64,000 nt of DNA, taken from Rhizophagus irregularis (taxonomy: Eukaryota). This document shows, one piece after another, positions 1 to 11,631 of the stretch (the first letter of the stretch is position 1; each line of letters opens with the position of its first letter). A program made the translations under genes and the position numbers. Where the stretch lies: assembly GCF_026210795.1 (NCBI RefSeq), contig NC_089429.1, positions 5,146,001-5,210,000 on the forward strand. The letters run 5' to 3'. The notes under the pieces were generated by a model, which did no database searches, had not been told where the DNA came from, and saw only the letters and a list, made by a program, of their open reading frames with translations.

Positions 1-199
1 TGTGTATTTTTTTTATTAAGTTATAATAAAAATTAGAATTTACTTTAATTTTTAACATAAAAATTGTAAATAATAAAAAATTCGTAAATAAAAATAAATT
101 TGCTTTCCCAAACTTAAAAAAAAAGGTGTTTATATAAAAGAAAAGGTGTTTATATTATTTTTGATTATTCAATAGTATCACATGCCCCTTGTATACGTT

Positions 200-860
200 C
201 TACTGCATATGCAGTTTACAATCTCGTAAATTTTTGAAATATTTCAACCGTAATATTACGCAGGTTTACAGTTTCGTAAATTTTTGAAATATTTTAACCG
301 TAATATTACGCAGGTTTACAGTTTCGTAAATTTGCAGAATATTTTGATCGTAATATTACGCAGGTTTACAGTTTCGTAAATTTTCAAAATATTTTAACCG
401 TAATATTACGCAGATTTACAGTTTCGTAAATTTTCGAAATATTTCAACCGTAATATTACGCAGGTTTACAGTTTCGTAAATTTTCGAAATATTTTAACCG
501 TAATATTACGCAGGTTTACAGTTTCGTAAATTTTCAAAATATTTCAACCGTAATATTACGCAGGTTTACAGTTTCGTAAATTTTTGAAATATTTCAACCG
601 TAATATTACGCAGGTTTACAGTTTCGTAAATTTTCGAAATATTTCAACCGTAATATTACGCAGGTTTACAGTTTCGTAAATTTGCAGAATATTTTGACCG
701 TAATATTGCGTAAATCTTACGATATTGAAAACTTACGTAATATTTAACCGTAATATCACATAAATCTTACGAAATTGTAAACTTACGTAATATTTTGAAA
801 TTTTTCGAAATATTATGCCATAAACTTTCGTAAACTTACAAAATCGTAAACTTACGCAAT
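200..860. repeat. Tandem array of about 60-bp units, subterminal in a probable DNA transposon ending at about 886
   Basis: About 10 copies of gtttcgtaaattttcgaaatatttcaaccgtaatattacgcaggtttaca at an exact 60-bp period. The sequence switches abruptly to retroelement coding DNA after ...aaaatttcctaatg (886; reverse complement CATTAGGAAATTTT, CACTA-like). The other end lies outside the window. Confidence 0.8.
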
Positions 861-1925
861 TTTTCGCGCTATAAAATTTCCTAATGTAATATTAAGAGAA
901 AATGGAAAAGATATTGAAATACCAATAGAATATGAAAATAATGACGAAAATATTAATGACAATAATGATAGTGATGATAGTGAAGATGAAGATAGTGAAA
1001 ATGAATATGAAGAAACAAGTGAACGAGAAATATATTTAATAAATAATGAAGAAAAAGGACATATTATAGAGGAAAACTATTAGGTCTTGGCCATAATAAT
1101 GGAGAGACATTAAAGATGCACAAAGATTGGACAGACGAAATAAAATATAAAGATTTAGAGAGATTACAAGAGAAAGAATTAAAAGATTTAGTTAAAGAAT
1201 ACGAAGATATTTGTATATATGGGGATAAGAAAATAAGTAAAACAAATATAGTAGAATGCAATATAAGGTTGAAAGATGAAACGCCAATAAATCAAAAAGC
1301 ATATAGAGAAAGTACAGAAAATAGAGAAATAATAAAAAGAGAAATAGATAAAATGTTAAAAGAAGAGATAATACAAGAATCATGTAGTCCATGGTCGTCA
1401 CCAGTAGTAATAGTAAATAAGAAGACAGGAGATAAAAGATTTTGTATAGATTTTAGAAAAATAAATCAAATGACGATAACAGACGCATATCCCTTACCAA
1501 GAATAGATGACTTATTAGAAAAATTTAGAGTAGCAAAATGGTTTACAACAATTGATTTAGCAAGTGGATATTGGCAAATAGAGATGAAAGAAGAAGATAA
1601 AGAAAAGACAGCATTTATTTGTAGTCAAGGATTATACGAATTTAATGTTATGCCATTTGGGTTAAAAAATGCACCGGCAATATTTCAAAGAACAATGAAT
1701 AAAATATTTAAAGAATACTTAGATAAATTTATGAACGTATATATAGATGATATTATAATATATTCAAAAAATTGGGATGAACATTTACAACATATAAAGA
1801 TAGTATTAGAAGAATTGAGAAAAGCGAATATGATGTTAAAATTAAAGAAATGTGAATGGGCGAAAAAGAATGTAAAATATTTGGGACATATAGTAGGAAC
1901 AGATGGATTAAAACCAGATAATAAG

Positions 1926-3404
1926 CACAGGTCGAAAAGTGAAAAATCAGGCACCAATCGGTCACCAATCAGGTAGCTGATTGGTTACTGATTGGTGACC
2001 GATTGGTGACTGATTGGCATTTTCGCCAAATACTAGAGTTCCGAATGGGTCAGGTCAGGTCAGGTTAATTGATAAACCTGACCTGAAATTTTTTTTCAGG
2101 TCAGGTCAGGTCAGGTTATATCAGGTTGTCTGTTTGACCTGACCTGACCTGAAACCTGAAAAATTTCAGAACTATTTTTATTAAAGTATTGAAAAAAAAT
2201 GGTACAAAACTTTTTTTTTTAATATAATATTATGAAAAAAAAACGTTTTTGCAACGTTTTTATTAAAATATTGAAAAAAATATTGCAAAACGTTTTTTTT
2301 AATATAACATTATGAAAAAAATGTTTATGCAACATTATTATTGAAATATCAAAAAAAAAACGTTACGAAACATTTTTTTAATATAATATTATGAAAAAAA
2401 CGTTTTCGCAACGTTTTTTCTCGAAATATTGCGATTCAACATTTTTATATTAAAATCATATAAAAAAGTGAATCCCAATACTGCAATTCACTTTTTTTAT
2501 ATAGAATTAATATAAAAAAGTGAATCGCAATATCGCAACTCACTTTTTTTATATAGAATTAATATAAAAAAGTGAATCGCAATATCGCAACTCACTTTTA
2601 TTATATAAAATCAATATAAAAAAGTGAATCGCAATATCGCAACTCACTTTTATTATATAAAATCAATATAAAAAGTGAATCGCAATATCGCAACTCACTT
2701 TTATTATATAAAATCAATATAAAAAAGTGAATCGCAATACCGCAACTCACTTTTATTATATAAAATCAATATAAAAAGTGAATCGCAATACTGCAACTCA
2801 CTTTTATTATATAGTAGTATCAATAGTAGTTTCAGGTCAACAGGTCAATCAGGTCAGGTCAATCTTCATACCTGACCTGAATTTTTTTCAAAAATCTCAT
2901 ACCTGACCTGAATTTCAGGTCAGGTCAGGTCAGGTTACCTGAATTTGGCTGACCTGTTCGGAGCTCTACCAAATACCGTCACCAATCAGGCAGTTTGCTA
3001 ACTTTTGATCCAGTGATCAGAAAAGGATGAAATATAGCTCATTGGAATCGTCTCAACAAGACGAATCTAATGGTAGTAAAATCGCATTTCTAAGATTAAT
3101 ACTTGATGAGAAATTAAGTAAAATATAAAAATAAAATGTATTATTTATATTTTATTTAATATTTTATTAACTATTAATCCTAGAGATGCGATTTTACTAC
3201 CATTAGATTCGTCTTGTTGAGACGATTCCAATGAGCTATATTTCATTCTTTTCTGATCACTGGATCAAAAGTTAGCAAACTGCCTGATTGGTGACGGTAT
3301 TTGGCGAAAATGCCAATCAGTCACCAATCGGTCACCAATCAGGTACCTGATTGGTGACCGATTGGTGACTGATTGATGCCTGATTTTTCACTTTTCGACC
3401 TGTG
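1926..3404. mobile_element. Non-autonomous CMC/CACTA-like foldback DNA transposon
   Basis: TIR CACAGGTCGAAAAGTGAAAAATCAGGCA at both ends; 3-bp TSD AAG (1923-1925 and 3405-3407). After removing the nested hAT MITE, the remaining ~540 bp is an almost complete palindrome. Confidence 0.88.
2034..2968. mobile_element. hAT-family MITE nested in the CMC-like element
   Basis: TIR TAGAG(T/C)TCCGAA..GGTCAG; 8-bp TSD CCAAATAC (2026-2033 and 2969-2976); subterminal CAGGT/ACCTG pentamers; internal ~57-bp tandem palindromic repeats at about 2430-2810. Confidence 0.92.
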
Positions 3405-4231
3405 AAGAAAATAGAGAAGATTAAAAATTTAAAACTGCCAAAGAATATCAAACAAATAAGAGAAATAAATGGATTATGTTCATACTATAGAAAATTTGTG
3501 AAAGGATATTCAAAAATAGTAAAACCAATAATGGAATTAACGAGAAAGAATGTTCCTTTTGTATGGACAGATAAACAACAAAAAGCATTAGAAGAATTAA
3601 AAGAAAAATTAATAAATTATCCGATATTACAACATCCAAATTTTGAAAAAGAATTTATATTAATAACAGATGCATCAGGAGAAGGATTAGGAGCTATATT
3701 AGAACAATTAGATGAAAATAATAGAGAAATAGTTATTAGTTATGCAAGTAGAAGTTTAGTAAATGCAGAAAAGAGGTATCCGATAACAGAATTAGAATGT
3801 TTAGCAGTATTTTGGGGAATAGAATATTTTCATAAATATTTATTTGGAAGAAAATTTAAAGTAATAACAGACCATGCAGCATTAAAAGGATTTATAAGTA
3901 CATCAAAAGTTCCTAAAGGAAGAAGAGGAAGATGGATGATGGAATTACAACAATATGATTTTGAGATAATACATAGACCAGGAAAAGAAAATAAGAATGC
4001 TGATGCGATGTCAAGGTTAATATGAGAAAGATAAAAGTTTAGAAAATAATAAATAGTAATGAATAACGAGATAAATAAAAAAAAAAAAAAAAAAAATGGT
4101 TGAAAGAATAGGATTAGAAATATATATATTTATAATTCATACAAATATAAATTATCATTGCATATTATTTGAAGATAAAGAAATAAAATTTATTTTACCA
4201 TTTGAAAACGAAATAGAAAATTTATTAACAA

Positions 4232-6537
4232 ATGGATGAAAAAGAATATGATAAAATTGTAAAGAATATAGAAAAAGAAGAAAAATATGTACAAGAAAAT
4301 GGAGTTTTATATAAAATTAAAGATGAAAATAAATTTAGAGTAATAAGAAGATTTGAATTAGAAGGAATAATGTTGTAAACGGTCGAATATCAAGCATGAA
4401 AAGATGATAAAATCCAATCACCAAATGTAATTGCCAAATATTAAGAACGAACAAATTGATTATGAATTGGCGTAGATGGATAAATAATTAGCCGAAAAGG
4501 ATAAACATTTAGGAAGAGTAATGATCTACATGATGTAATATTTATCAAATGATTGACAAAGAACCAATAGGATAAATAGAGTCGATCAATTGCGGCTTAG
4601 CAATCTTTAACAATAAGAACGATTAGAAAGAATAATTATAAGCCACAAAAGATAGATTATAAGCAAAACACATGAAGCGGATTGAAAGAACATATAAAAT
4701 AATGTCGGAAAGATTAAAGAACATAAAATAATATAAAAGATAATATAAAAAGATAATACAAAGATGTTATAAAAGATAATATATATAAAAGATAGCATAT
4801 TAAAAGATAGTGTATTTAAAATATAGATAGTATATTAGAAAGATAGTTCAAAGATAATATGTAAAAAGAACATAAAAGATAGTATATAGATAGAATAGAA
4901 AGTAGCATAAAATTTGTATAAAAAGAGAACGGAATTCAAAATAATTTCACAGTTCTCATCCACAGAACTCAATAAAAATATAAGTTTTATTTTTTTAATT
5001 ATTTGTTAGTAAAGTTTAATGTTAATTAAAGGTAATAGGTTCGCCCTAAACTTTAATTAATATTTGCTTAATTAATTTTAATTGAATAAATGGAAATTTT
5101 AAGATGAATTAAATATACACTTTTGGAAAGTAATAATTCGTAGCGAGAGCTATTGAAGTTTGAAATTAAAGGTAAAAGTGGATATAATTTGGGGAAAATT
5201 TAGAGAAGTTAAATTTTATATCGTTCGACGTTTTATATTACTAACGCTATTTATGTTGTGAACCAAGAATGTTGTTGTATATTGTTGTTATATGTTGTTC
5301 GTTGATTATGTTATTGTTAATTATGTTGTTGATAATTTGTTCGTTTGTTCAATTGTTCGTTCGTTCGTTCATTCGTTCGTTCGACCATGAGAATGCCCGT
5401 TCGATGTGGCAACTCTGTAAATTGATGACAGAGGGAATTGGGGGACCTCAATGTATATGATGCATGATCATAAATTATCAGCACATTTTGGGATCCAAGC
5501 TACATATGAAAAAGTAAAAGAAAAATATTGGTGGAAGAATATGAAACGAGATATAGAAAAATATGTAAAAAGTTGTGATAATTGTCAAAGAAGAAATAAT
5601 CCACAAGGGTTACATGAATTACATCCAATAGAAGTAAAAGAACCTTTTCATATGATTGGAATAGATGTAATAGGACCATTACCAAGAACAGAAGAAGGAA
5701 ATAAATATATAGTAGTAGCAATAGATTTCTTTACGAAATGGCCAGAAGCAAAAGCAATAAAAGAAGCAAATGCAAAAGAAATATCAAAATTTATTTATGA
5801 AGAAATAATTTGTCGACATGGATGTCCAAAGAAAATACTTACCGATAATGGATCAGAATTTAATAATCAATTAACTAAAAATCTTACAGAAAAATTTAAT
5901 GTTCAACATAAATTCTCGACTCCTTATCACCCTAAAACAAATGGATTAGTAGAACGATTTAATAAAACATTAATAGAATCATTGGCGAAATTAGTAAAAG
6001 AAAAATTAACGATATATAGAAATAGAGGATATGAAGATAAAAATTGGGATCAAAGAATAGCACCAATATTGTTTGCATATAGAAGTAAAATACAAAAATC
6101 AAGTAAAATGACACCATTTTATTTGACTTATGGAAGAAGAGTAATATTACCGAATGATGAAGAAGTTAAAGGAATTACAATGATTAAAAGAATAGAACAT
6201 ATAATAGAAGAATTACCAATAAAAAGATATGAAGCAAAGAAGAATATTGGAAAAGCACAAGAACAACAAAAGAAATATCATGACAAAATTGGAAAACGAA
6301 AACAAAACTTTCAAATAGGAGATAAAGTATTATACTTTGACGTGGCGAAATATAAAACACATACAGGAAAACTAGAAGAAAAATGAAAAGGACCGTATTA
6401 TATACATGAAGTAATAATAAATGGATCGTACAAAATTAAAGAATTAAATGGAAGAATTTTAAGAAGACCAGTAAATGGAGAATTATTAAAGGAATATTTT
6501 GATAGAGAAATATTTGAACCATATATAGTAATATAAT
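4232..6537 (+). pseudogene. Gypsy integrase ORF interrupted by a solo LTR and a premature stop
   Basis: ATG at 4232 (MDEKEYDKIV...RRFELEGIM) joins in frame to YMMHDHKLSAHFG...CDNCQ once 4374-5450 is removed. Motifs IGIDVIGP, TDNGSEF and NGLVERFN are present. TGA at 6384-6386 sits in KLEEK*KGPY (probably a former TGG), and the frame continues to about 6537. Confidence 0.9.
4374..5450 (+). mobile_element. Solo LTR (1077 bp) inserted in the integrase gene
   Basis: TG...CA termini; 4-bp TSD ATGT (4370-4373 and 5451-5454); TATA-like tataaaaag at about 4917; no coding capacity and no TIR. Confidence 0.8.
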
Positions 6538-7169
6538 ATGTTTGAGACCTGAATTCGATTCTTAATTTATGGGACATAAATTTTTCAAGAGGAGGATAAA
6601 TGTAATAACTAAAAATATAATAAATAAATGACGCAGTAAATCCTGTGGCGCAGTAGGTCACATGATATGGTTACACAAGAAGAAATAGTTGGGAATACAA
6701 AAGTCACGTGACAAGTCACATGGCGCAGTAAGTGACAGATAAATATTTAGCCGATGGAATTTTGATAGAGAAAGAGTAGTAGATAGTAGAAATGATTTTC
6801 TTAAAATGTATAAATACAAGTGGATTTCGATAGGGAATTCGGCAGTTAAAAATTTTTGGAAAATAAAAAAAAAAATTTAATTTGCCCTTAAAAAAAAATA
6901 AACTAACACATTCTTTTAACCTTTTTCTTATGATGAAAAAGAGGTGTCATTTTTAATGACCTAATAATGATTTATAATTTTGGGGAAACTATCGCAATTT
7001 AAAATTTTGGTAAGAAAATAATGCTTATGTACTTTTTGTAACTAATTTTTATTTTAAACCAAGCATATAATATATTCGAACTCAACACGTCGGTGGCAAC
7101 ATATGATATTTTATTTTAATATCCTATGGGCGGCGTGTCACAACGTGGGCTAGGCGCATTCAGAATGCT

Positions 7170-7589
7170 GTGCAATATTATAAGACTTGTAGTAGAATAG
7201 GTTTTCATAAGCGGCCACCTTATCCAAGGTCTCGTCAAGATGTATATGCTTATATTGTGCACATTAGGAGAATAGTATCACGACTACCAAATAGGTGGTA
7301 CTGTACCTACTGTAAATCTTTTATTGATCGCGGATGGGAAGCCGATGCTTCCATGGATCAAGCGGTACGACTACATTTATATAGTTGCCCAAAGTATTTT
7401 AATTTCGACTATTATACTCATCATGCTGAAATGATCCAGAAAGCCTTTAGGAGATATATAGAAAGAAGGAACAATAAAGCGGCTAGGATTATCCAGAAAG
7501 TCGCTATCCCCTGGTTGTATAGATCAGGCTCTCCATTGATACAAAAGGCCGAGCAACGCTTCTACTACCTTGCAGTATCCCAAGTGTAA
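7170..7589 (+). CDS. Hypothetical protein with a CxxC...HxxxC putative Zn finger and IQ-like motifs; start uncertain
   Basis: 139-codon ORF, GC-richer than its flanks: WYCTYC...LHLYSC, MIQKAFRRY, AARIIQKVAIPWLY. Confidence 0.5.
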   Translation: MQYYKTCSRIGFHKRPPYPRSRQDVYAYIVHIRRIVSRLPNRWYCTYCKSFIDRGWEADASMDQAVRLHLYSCPKYFNFDYYTHHAEMIQKAFRRYIERRNNKAARIIQKVAIPWLYRSGSPLIQKAEQRFYYLAVSQV

Positions 7590-7671
7590 ACCCCGAGGTT
7601 TATATTTATTTTTTCTCATTCGAATGAACAGGTAACTGAAGATTCATATTTATTACAAAGTACAAAAAATC

Positions 7672-8142
7672 ATGTCGACATATACCGAATTCGCAAGCAT
7701 TGTTAACAGCACTGACAGCACTAGTGAGGAGGTTATTTACGAGGCATCGCGCATTCAGCCTAATGTTGTCTCAAACGAAACTGTCCTCAAAATTATCCGC
7801 GCATTGAAAAACACTATAGTAGTCGCATTAGTATCTGGGTTTAGCAAAACCAGTTACCTCGTCCAGGATCACGTGAAGTATATCAAGCGAATCCAAACGG
7901 CAAATTCTCCTGTATCATATGTGAAGTTTGTGGCCAGAAAACTCTTCCCAGATAATGCGGCATATACTGCTAAGATAGCAAAAATCCGCGAATCATACAA
8001 GAATAAACAAGCTCTCCTAGATAAGCTTGAGGCCCTCTTCGAATTGTATTATAATGCGACTAAGGACTCATCAACTGGTCCCCCAAAGCGAGCTATTACT
8101 AAAAACGAGGCTGAGAAAACCTTAACAGAACTTCTTGCATAA
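7672..8142 (+). CDS. Hypothetical 156-aa, predicted helical protein
   Basis: Clean ATG-to-TAA ORF with an A-rich Kozak-like context (aaaaatcATG) and protein-like composition in an AT-rich background. Confidence 0.6.
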   Translation: MSTYTEFASIVNSTDSTSEEVIYEASRIQPNVVSNETVLKIIRALKNTIVVALVSGFSKTSYLVQDHVKYIKRIQTANSPVSYVKFVARKLFPDNAAYTAKIAKIRESYKNKQALLDKLEALFELYYNATKDSSTGPPKRAITKNEAEKTLTELLA

Positions 8143-8437
8143 GCGGCTCCTGTAGTCCTACGATCCTGTACGAATTTAGTCTATTGTGAATATTTTTTTC
8201 TCTTCAAGGCATTTTAAAAATGCATTTGCCAGATTTTTGCCTGAATGAGAACCCTTTAAATAAACAAAATCAAGAAGAATATCTCTAAGTTTCCAGTTAG
8301 CATCAATATAATGGCATGTTATGCCGAGAAATCCAAGAATATTAGGAGAGGTCCAAGCATCTAACGCAAAACTTATTTTTCCTGGAACGTTCTTCAATTT
8401 TAATAGGTAAGTAAATTAATTTAATTATATGATAATA

Positions 8438-11400
8438 CACTGGTCGAAATCAAAACTTTCAGTCATGTGACAAATCGGCTGATCTGTCACACATTTCGGC
8501 CAAATTTCGTAAATTATTAAAAATCGGCCAAATTTTGACATATATGATTTATGGTCGATTTATTAATTTTGTTAATCAAACGTTACGCGTTACGTGTTAC
8601 GCGTATTAAAAGTTTAAAAAAGGATCATCTTATACATCCTTTTTTAAACTTTTAATAATTTTTTTCTTCCCCTCCCCTTTCCTTTCCTTCGTTCCCCTTC
8701 CCTTCCCCGTTTCCCCTTCTTCCCCTTTCCCTTCCTTCTCTTTTCCTTCCTTCCCCTTCCCCCTTTCACTTTTTTCACTTTTTTTTATAGGTTCGGCTTT
8801 CGGGTGGGCTTCCAAAGTACAGAAACTCCAAAGATTCGTAAGTACGAATTCTTTGGAGTTTATTTTATTTTTTTAATATGAACGGTTACTAACCGTTCTT
8901 TTTTTACTTTTTTTTTTAGGTTCGGCCGTTTGGGTAGGCTTCCGAAGTATGGAAAAACCAAGTTTCGTAAGTATGAAACTTGGTTTATTTATTTTTTATT
9001 TTTTTAATTTAATTTAATATGAACGGTTACTAACCGTTCTTTTTTTACTTTTTTTTAGGTTCGGCCATTCGGGTGGGCTCGAAGTATAGAAACCCCAAAG
9101 ATTCATAAGTACGAATTCTTTGGAGTTTTTTTTTATATTTTTAATATGAACGGTTAATACTAACTGTTCTTTTTTATTTTTTTTAGGTTCGGCCGTTCGG
9201 GTGGGCTTCCGAAGTATGGAAAAACCAAGTTTCGTAAGTTCGAAACTTGGTTATTTTTTTTTTGTTTATTTTTAATATTATGAACGGTTATTAATAACCG
9301 TTCTTTACTTTTTTTTAGGATCGGATGTTCCAAAGAACGGGAAAATTCCAAGATTCGTAAGAATCTTGGATTTTTTTTATTTTTTTAAAAAAAAATGTTA
9401 CGAACGGTTACTAATAACCGTTCTTTTATTTTTTATAGGTTCAGGTGTGCTTCCGTGTTCCGAAGAATGGGAAAATTCCAAGATTCGTAAGAATCTTGGA
9501 TTTTTTTATTTTTTAAAAAAATGTTACGAACGGTTACTAATAACCGTTCTTTTATTTTTTATAGGTTCGGGTGTGCTTCCGTGTTCCGAAGAACGGGAAA
9601 ATTCCAAGATTCGTAAGAATCTTGGATTTTTTTTTATTTTTTAAAAAAAAATGTTACGAACAGTTACTAATAACCGTTCTTTTATTTTTTATAGGTTCGG
9701 GTGTGCTTCCGTGTTCCGAAGAATGGGAAAATTCCAAGATTCGTAAGAATCTTGGATTTTTTTTTATTTTTTTAAAAAAAAATGTTACGAATGGTTACTA
9801 ATAACCGTTCTTTTATTTTTTATAGGTTCGGGTGGGCTTCCGTGTTCCGAAGAACGGGAAAATTCCAAAGATTCGTAAGAATCTTGGATTTTTTTTATTT
9901 TTTTAAAAAAATATTACGAACGGTTACTAATAACCGTTCTTTTCTATTTTTTAGGATCTGGTGAGCTTCCGAAGAACGGAAAACCAAGAAACCAAGATTC
10001 GTACGTAAGTACGAATTTTGGTTTAATTTTTTTTGTTTTTTTTTTTAATATATGAACGGTTTACTAATAACCGTTCTTTTCTTTTTTTTTAGGATCGGGT
10101 GGGCTTCTGAAAAACGAAAACCCAAAGATTCGTAAGAATCTTTAATTTATTTATTTATTTATTATTATTACGAATGGTTTACTAACCATTCTTTCTTTTT
10201 TTTTTAGGATTGGGTGGGCTTCCGAAGAACGAAAACTCAAAGATTCGTAAGAATCTTTAATTTATTTATTTATTTATTATTATTACGAATGGTTTACTAA
10301 CCATTCTTTCTTTTTTTTTATAGGATCGGGTGGGCTTCCGAAAAACGAAAATCCAAAGATAAAGATTCGTAAGTACGAATCTTTACTTTATAATTTTTTT
10401 TTTTTGTTTTTTCTTTATTACGAACGGTTACTAATAACCGTTTTTTTCTTTATTTTTTAGGTGCGGTGGGCTTCCGACGAACGAAAACCCAAAGATAAAG
10501 ATTCGTAAGTAATATACTTACGAATCTTTTTTTTTTAATGTTATGGAACGGTTACTAACCGTTCTTTTGATTTTTTTTTATAGGTTCGGGTGGATTCCGT
10601 CTTTCCAAGGAACGGAAAAAACTAAAAATTCGGTATGAATCTTTATTTTTTTATTTTTGTTTATTATTACGAACGGTTTCTAACCGTTCTTTTTCTTTTT
10701 TTTTAGGTCGGTGTCATCCGAAGAATGGAAAAAACCAAGATTCGTAGTACAAATCTTGGTTTTATTTTTATTTTTTTTTTATAATATTAACGAACGATTA
10801 CTGATAAACCGTTCTTATTTTATTTTTTTAGATTCAGTGGGCTTTCGAAGAACAACGGAAAACCAAGATTCGTAAGTAAGTACGAATCTTGGTTCTTTTT
10901 TTATTTTTTATTTTTATTTTTTATTACTATGAACGGTTTACTAATAACCGTTCTTTTCTTTTGTAGGTTTCGGGATCTTTAGAAAAGTGGAACCAAGATT
11001 CGTACTTACGAATCTTGGTTTATTTTTTATTTTTTTTTAATATTATTATGAACGGTTATTAATAACTGCTCTTTTTTTTTCTTTTTTATAGGTTTGGTGT
11101 CTCGGGTGGGTTCTGATAAACAGAAAAAAACCAAAGATTCATAAGTAGAATCTTGGGTTTTTTTGCTTTTTTTTAATATTATGGAACGGTTACTAACCGT
11201 TCTTTTCTTTTTTTTTATAGTTTCGGTGGATTTCCAAAAGATCAAGATTCGTAAGTATATACGAATACATGAATTATGTGATTGTGGAATTGTAGATTAG
11301 TAATACTTATTTGTAATATGCATTTATAAATAAAGTTGTGATTTATTGCGAATATTAAATAAAATGAGTTGTGGCTGAATATTAGTAAATAAATTTAGTA

Positions 11401-11631
11401 CAAATTTGCAACATAAATTAAGTAACATTCGGAAAACTATTCACCAAAATTTGCTATCTGAAATTGTTCCGAATGTTAACTGAATTTTGGCCGAAATTTC
11501 AAGCCGAACTTTAGGCGAGTGGCAGCGAACTGCAGCCAAAAAATCAGCTAAAGTTCGACCAGCATTAGACTATAAATTAGCCTAAAATCGGCTGGTTGAA
11601 TTTTGGCCGATTTGGACTATTTTGACCAGTG
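8438..11631. mobile_element. CACTA/CMC-type non-autonomous element inserted in a hAT transposase intron
   Basis: Termini CACTGGTCGAAAT ... ATTTTGACCAGTG; 3-bp TSD ATA; subterminal TCGGC/GCCGA motifs. Confidence 0.88.
8791..11260 (+). repeat. Array of about 20 diverged 115-140-bp units, each resembling a micro-exon plus an intron
   Basis: Each unit reads poly-T-AG | GC-richer 30-49-nt block | GTAAG(T) ... TACTAAC/TACTAAT ... poly-T-AG. Confidence 0.85.

Larger units (their letters stand above)
1116..4025 (+). pseudogene. Gypsy reverse transcriptase-RNase H ORF split by the insertion at 1926-3404
   Basis: Removing 1926-3404 and one AAG TSD rejoins KPDNK|KIEKIKNL in frame (ORF-track pieces 1116..1976 and 3402..4025). 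Confidence 0.92.
887..6537 (+). mobile_element. pol: Ty3/Gypsy LTR retrotransposon pol region (RT, RNase H, integrase), disrupted by nested insertions
   Basis: RT motifs SPWSSPVV, RFCIDFRKIN, MPFGLKNAP and YIDDII; RNase H motifs TDAS, YPITELECLA and NKNADAMSR; integrase HHCC, DDE and GPY motifs. Domain order is RT-RH-IN. Confidence 0.95.

Noticed and set aside
200..860. CRISPR-like appearance of the 60-bp array
   Set aside because: Units are repeated in full with no unique spacers, there are no cas genes, and the context is eukaryotic.
4374..5450. Ginger-type DNA transposon interpretation (TG start, 4-bp TSD)
   Set aside because: No terminal inverted repeat beyond TG/CA, so a solo LTR fits better.
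1064..6661. Minus-strand L/F/I-rich ORFs opposite pol, and similar antisense ORFs opposite the kinases and transposases
   Set aside because: Shadow frames of A-rich coding strands, with no motifs.
8630..8815. 61-aa K/E/G-rich ORF
   Set aside because: Translation of a low-complexity purine/pyrimidine tract.
9160..11245. Short unspliced ORFs in the repeat array (for example 9366..9644 and 9571..9801)
   Set aside because: They read through poly-T/poly-A intron-like tracts and are by-products of the repeat.
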